Part shown: in pieces, positions 45,641-64,000 of the stretch
How the letters are laid out: each line of letters opens with the position of its first letter
Position numbering within the stretch: position 1 is the stretch's first letter
From: the human T2T-CHM13v2.0 reference genome, Homo sapiens
NCBI RefSeq assembly: GCF_009914755.1
Contig: NC_060933.1
Length of the DNA: 64,000 nt
Strand: one strand, 5' to 3'
Made by a program: the position numbers and the translations under genes
Notes under the pieces: model-generated
Database searches by the model: none
Seen by the model: only the letters and a program-made list of their open reading frames with translations
What the model was told of the DNA's origin: nothing

Positions 45641-47610
45641 TTCCCAAAAAAGTGTAACATATTAGGCAATTATTGTTAACTCTCCACTGTGAGAGTGCGA
45701 ACTTGCAGTAAGGAGACTCAAGTGTGAATCTTGGCTGCACCACAAAAAGATTCTGCACCACAACCATTGCAGAAAACAATAGCAGGCTGATTTGATGAAA
45801 GGAAGTCAGGAGTAGCCATTATACCGTTCTCAGCTTCCAGGTTTAGTGGCAGTACGCACAGTTTTAAGGGACAGGAGAGCAGAACACCGTCTTTTTCTTT
45901 CCTAACATAAAGTGGCTTACAATTCCTAGAACTCTGGTTTCTCCAGGAGTTAGAAATCCACAACCCACGTCCATTCTGAGACAAGCAAGGATGCTAACCA
46001 CCAATGTCCCATCCCCATTCTCATGCATCCCCTTGCATGTGTGAATCCTGGTTGGAGTCTCTCAGCTCGTTGCTGTCCTCATCTTCATCACAAGTGTCAT
46101 CACATGTGGTTCTCAGCATGGGAATTATTGTAGCCTGTCTTTAAAAAAATCTTCATTCTCATTTTCACACAGAATTGCTGTTTATCAGCGTCAAAATGAC
46201 AGGAAAGAGCACTCATGTTCTGTGTTGTGAACAAGGGGAGTGTTAGGAAACTGGTCAAAGGAGATGAGGAGTGAGTACTCAGAGCACAGCAAGAAAATCT
46301 GAGACACAGATGTCACTCCCTGCTGGGCAGCAGTCTTTTGCACTGATGGGTGGGTGTTGGGGAAGGGAAGAGGCCTTCAGCCGGACCAGTGCACACTGTG
46401 AACATTCACTGAAACACACCCTGTTGGCACTTAAGAAGCATTTGCCCCTTTCAAAGACATTTGGACTCAAGAAGGCAGAGTTGCAGAAAACGTAACGGGC
46501 CACACTGCAGGGGCAGGCAGTGGATTGCAAGTCTCAAGCCCAGGGTTCTCCCCTCCTTGCCTGGGTTGTGTGAAAAAGTCATTTCCTAACTCCTATCCGA
46601 TATCCTCATGAGTTCTCGGTTTTGTCCCAACTCTAAAACTGAATGGTCCAGCGAGCATTTCTATGAAATGCCTCCACAGTGGCCACTGGGAGGGGAGTGA
46701 CCTCCACACAGTGACTGCCTGTCTGGATGCTCCCAGGCCTTTTGTCCTCCGAGACAGAGCTGCCTCCTTACATGCAGCCCTCTTCTGCTGTGCAACTCTA
46801 CCTCGATCTTAGCTGAGAAGATCAACGGAGAGCAATTCAAGCAAAATCATGGTAAACTTACCAAAACCAAACCAAACAAACAGTAAATGCTTTGGAGATC
46901 TTTCTGAGGACGCGATCTTTTATCACGGGGCAAAAACTTAAATGATTTTCAATCAGTAACTTCATCTAAGAGGGATGTTGAGGCAAAATATCACACTCAG
47001 GCACTGAAGAAGGGCAGAATTCTTGTTTGCTTCCTCCCTTGTCAAGTTAGTCAGTCAATGCTTTCTCAAGATGCTCACACATGGCTTTGATACAGGATTT
47101 GAATGAGTCTTTTTCTGAGCCACTGATACAAAAAGTATATTGTGGAAGTGTCTTGTTTCAATTCTGCAATCGCTTCTGTATGTGTTTGAAGTCCTAGACC
47201 CCAGGAGGAGAGACAATCAAATTAGCCAAAGGTAATTTGTGAAGACTGGCCATAGAAGGTGGTGGCTAAAAGTCCTCTGGCCCCTGCTCTCTGAGCATGC
47301 CCACAGAAAGTCCTGGGCCACACTGACTGCTGAGAAACATCATCTCAGGGCTTGGATCCCCTGTTCAGAGGACAGATGCTCTTCCACCCAATCACTGAAC
47401 AGTAGAGGAATGGCGGCTCCATGCTGTGTCTGGCAGAGCTCTCAGTCTCTGCACTTGAGACCCTAGGCCGTCATAGACGTGAAGGCTCTTCAGTGTCATC
47501 ACGTGGAGACAGACGGTAGGAATCCTGCAAATGAGCAGAAAGGATCTGATGATGAAAGTTTGTTCTGAAGCTACTACAAACTCAAGTCAGTGAGTTGCTT
47601 CTGTACTAGC

Positions 47611-47906
47611 TTTTTTTTTTTTTTTTTTTTTTTTGAGATGGAGTCTTGCTCCCACCTTGAAGTGCAGTGGTGTGATCTCCTCTCACTGCAGCCTCCGCCT
47701 CCTGGGTTCAAGCAATTCTGCCTCAGCCTCCCAAGTAACTGGGACTACAAGTGCGCGCCACCACGCCTGGCTAATTTTTGTAATTTTGGTAGAGACGGGA
47801 TTGCACCATATTGGCCAGGCTGGTCTCGAACCCCCGACCTCAGGTGATCTACCCGCCTCAGCCTCCAAAAGTGCTGGGATTACAGGCGTGAGCCACCGCG
47901 CCCGGT
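47611..47906 (-). mobile_element. Alu (left member of the inverted pair around the CpG island)
   Basis: Alu body with poly-T at left; no clear TSD. Confidence 0.93.
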
Positions 47907-48470
47907 CAGACTCTCTCGTTTCTAGGAGGGACGGTCTTGGAGGCTCCAAGGAGAAGGCGTCGCCTGGCCCCAGGAAGCGCCCTGGTGCAGCGTCCCTCCA
48001 TTTCCCCATCTCCTGCGGGGCCCTCCCAGGGCGGGCTCCACGCCTGCCCTGCGCGCCTGCGCAGGAGCCTTGAGGCGGGCGGGGTTCCAGCGCGCAGCCG
48101 GCCGCCCTCAACCGCTCCCAGCATCGGTTGCCGGTGGTTCGGGGCAGGGAGACGACGCAGCGCGAGCGGAAAGGGCGGTTACCCAACGGCCTTAGCTCTC
48201 ATGGCGTCCTCCGTGGTGTTACCTAAAAATAAAGTTATTTGTGATTAGAAGGTAATCGCCTCCTGGTCATGCTTCCGCTGGTCAACAGTGTCTGCGGGGC
48301 GACCCCATCCTTGTGGCCAGAGAGGGCCTGTGGCTGCGCTCAAGGCGGGAGCGGTCCTTAGCGGGGCCCTGCGGGACGCCCAGGCCGCGCTCCTTTCCCT
48401 TGCTCGCCTGGCCTTGAAGTGAAGGGGGAGGTTTAACAATGCAGTGGGAACCCCAAAGTTTGTCTCGGCC
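47900..48470. promoter_or_regulatory. CpG island / probable promoter ~3.7 kb upstream of NUTM2F (possibly driving a divergent + strand lncRNA)
   Basis: Dense CpG, several GGGCGG boxes (~48029, ~48076, ~48173), non-repetitive. The lncRNA is recalled, not derivable from the sequence. Confidence 0.75.
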
Positions 48471-48879
48471 GTGCTGCTCACATTCCAAACAATGCAAAAG
48501 GTTGAGGAAAACCTCAGCAGTTGAAACCGTGATGCATTTCAGCAAAGAAGTAGCTCTTGTCCTCGTAAAATCAGTGAAGTTCTCACGGACGACCTCATTG
48601 AGTGAGTTGTGAAGCTTGTTGCCTTAATCAGAATGATCAGCCAGCATGCATGCTCTAATATGCTCGTTTGTCAATGATATGAGCAGCTGCAAAGTGGAAG
48701 AAGAGGCCTTTACTCATAGTCTGTTCACTTGGTAGCACAAGTTGGTTGTGGAAGCAAGAGTGTGGCCAAAGTCAAGAAAAGCTTCTATGAGAATCGCTTA
48801 CTTATGTGGAATTTAAATAAAAAGTAGTGTATATTATTATTTGTAAATTGTAGACTACACATGTATTATATCTAAAATT

Positions 48880-50340
<1,461 letters not shown>

Positions 50341-50385
50341 TGTGCGAGTGGAGAATATGGTGGACCGGTTCCTAAGGAACAGTGA

Positions 50386-52014
<1,629 letters not shown>

Positions 52015-52029
52015 AGAATAAAGTGATTT

Positions 52030-54660
<2,631 letters not shown>

Positions 54661-54852
54661 ATTTAAAACATATCCTTTTGTCTCTTATCTTTGCAAAAAT
54701 AACACGGCATAAAATTTATTCCTAGCAGCCAGCTACCTAGAGATACCACTTTCCTGTCTCTGCCCATCCATATTATGTCTCCCTGTTTTCTTCTGAAGCC
54801 CGCCAAAACCTGTTTTGTAAACTGCTTTCTCCTTACTCAATATATAGTGGGC

Positions 54853-60229
<5,377 letters not shown>

Positions 60230-60309
60230 ATAGTTTGATTTTAAATACCAATAACCTTGATATTTTTGAAAGCCTACTTGTTTATTTTCTCTCTGGTATA
60301 TTGCAACTA

Positions 60310-63340
<3,031 letters not shown>

Positions 63341-64000
63341 TCTTGAAACTATTAAGGCCTAAAATCATTAGCACTGTTTTCTCCCTCTAAGACATATGTG
63401 GCTTTTCACTTTATTTTCAACTGAATGCTTTCGCTGTTTTGGGTTTAGCAAGCTTTTGGTCTTAAAAATATCCAACAATGCAGTTAAGAGGCCAGATGAC
63501 TTTATGCATGAAACATTGTTAAGATGAGGAATTTTCCCATAGAAAGGTGACCAGATTTGAGGAAATTATTTAGTCAGTATAAACATTTCTCTGGATGTAA
63601 ACAGTACAGATTTTACTTTCAGGCTTTCCTAATAAAGTTTCTAACAGACCTGGAAAGGAGAAGGAAGAGTAACATCTGTTGCAAAACCCCAGTTACGTGT
63701 AGGACAAATAAGAATCTGGGAGAGAGGTGACTTGCCCAAGTGACACACCGATTTGGGATATATTAGGGAGAACCATTAATTCTTGTCCATAAGGCTTGAT
63801 TTAGAATTGTTTTTTATTTTAATGGAAGTTCTGTAGAAAGAAAGGAATACTTGGAAAAATTGAGCCACTTGTAAATACTTGGAAGATGAGAAAAGAGAAT
63901 GGTTTAAAATCTTCTTACCATATCCCTATTCTCCTCCTCTTCCTCCTCATCATCAGAATCACAATCAGTCAGTCAAGGTTGGCACTTTATTAGTGTGAAC

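Overview
Human (primate) genomic DNA, very Alu-rich, recognisable as the ZNF169-NUTM2F region (9q22.32 from recall). The + strand carries the last three coding exons of the KRAB zinc-finger gene ZNF169; its start exon lies upstream of the window. The - strand carries the complete 7-exon NUTM2F coding sequence (755 aa in this haplotype) and three processed retrocopies: VDAC1 (disabled), PNRC2 (disabled) and PTMA (ORF intact). Other landmarks are a CpG island at ~47.9-48.5 kb, a 2.4-kb almost pure A/T minisatellite, and many Alu, L1, MaLR, MER and MIR relics. The most notable unexplained structures are: (i) an inverted relic of NUTM2F exon 4 inside intron 2, whose 52-nt core can pair almost perfectly over the exon-4 splice donor; (ii) an Alu-Alu micro-inversion with swapped target-site duplications inside the PTMA retrocopy 3' UTR; (iii) a FRA16B-like 34-bp AT minisatellite; (iv) a disabled N-terminal extension upstream of NUTM2F; (v) an inverted Alu pair with shared private variants around the CpG island. 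Gene names and parent-protein comparisons come from memory, not a database search. Repeat boundaries are approximate.
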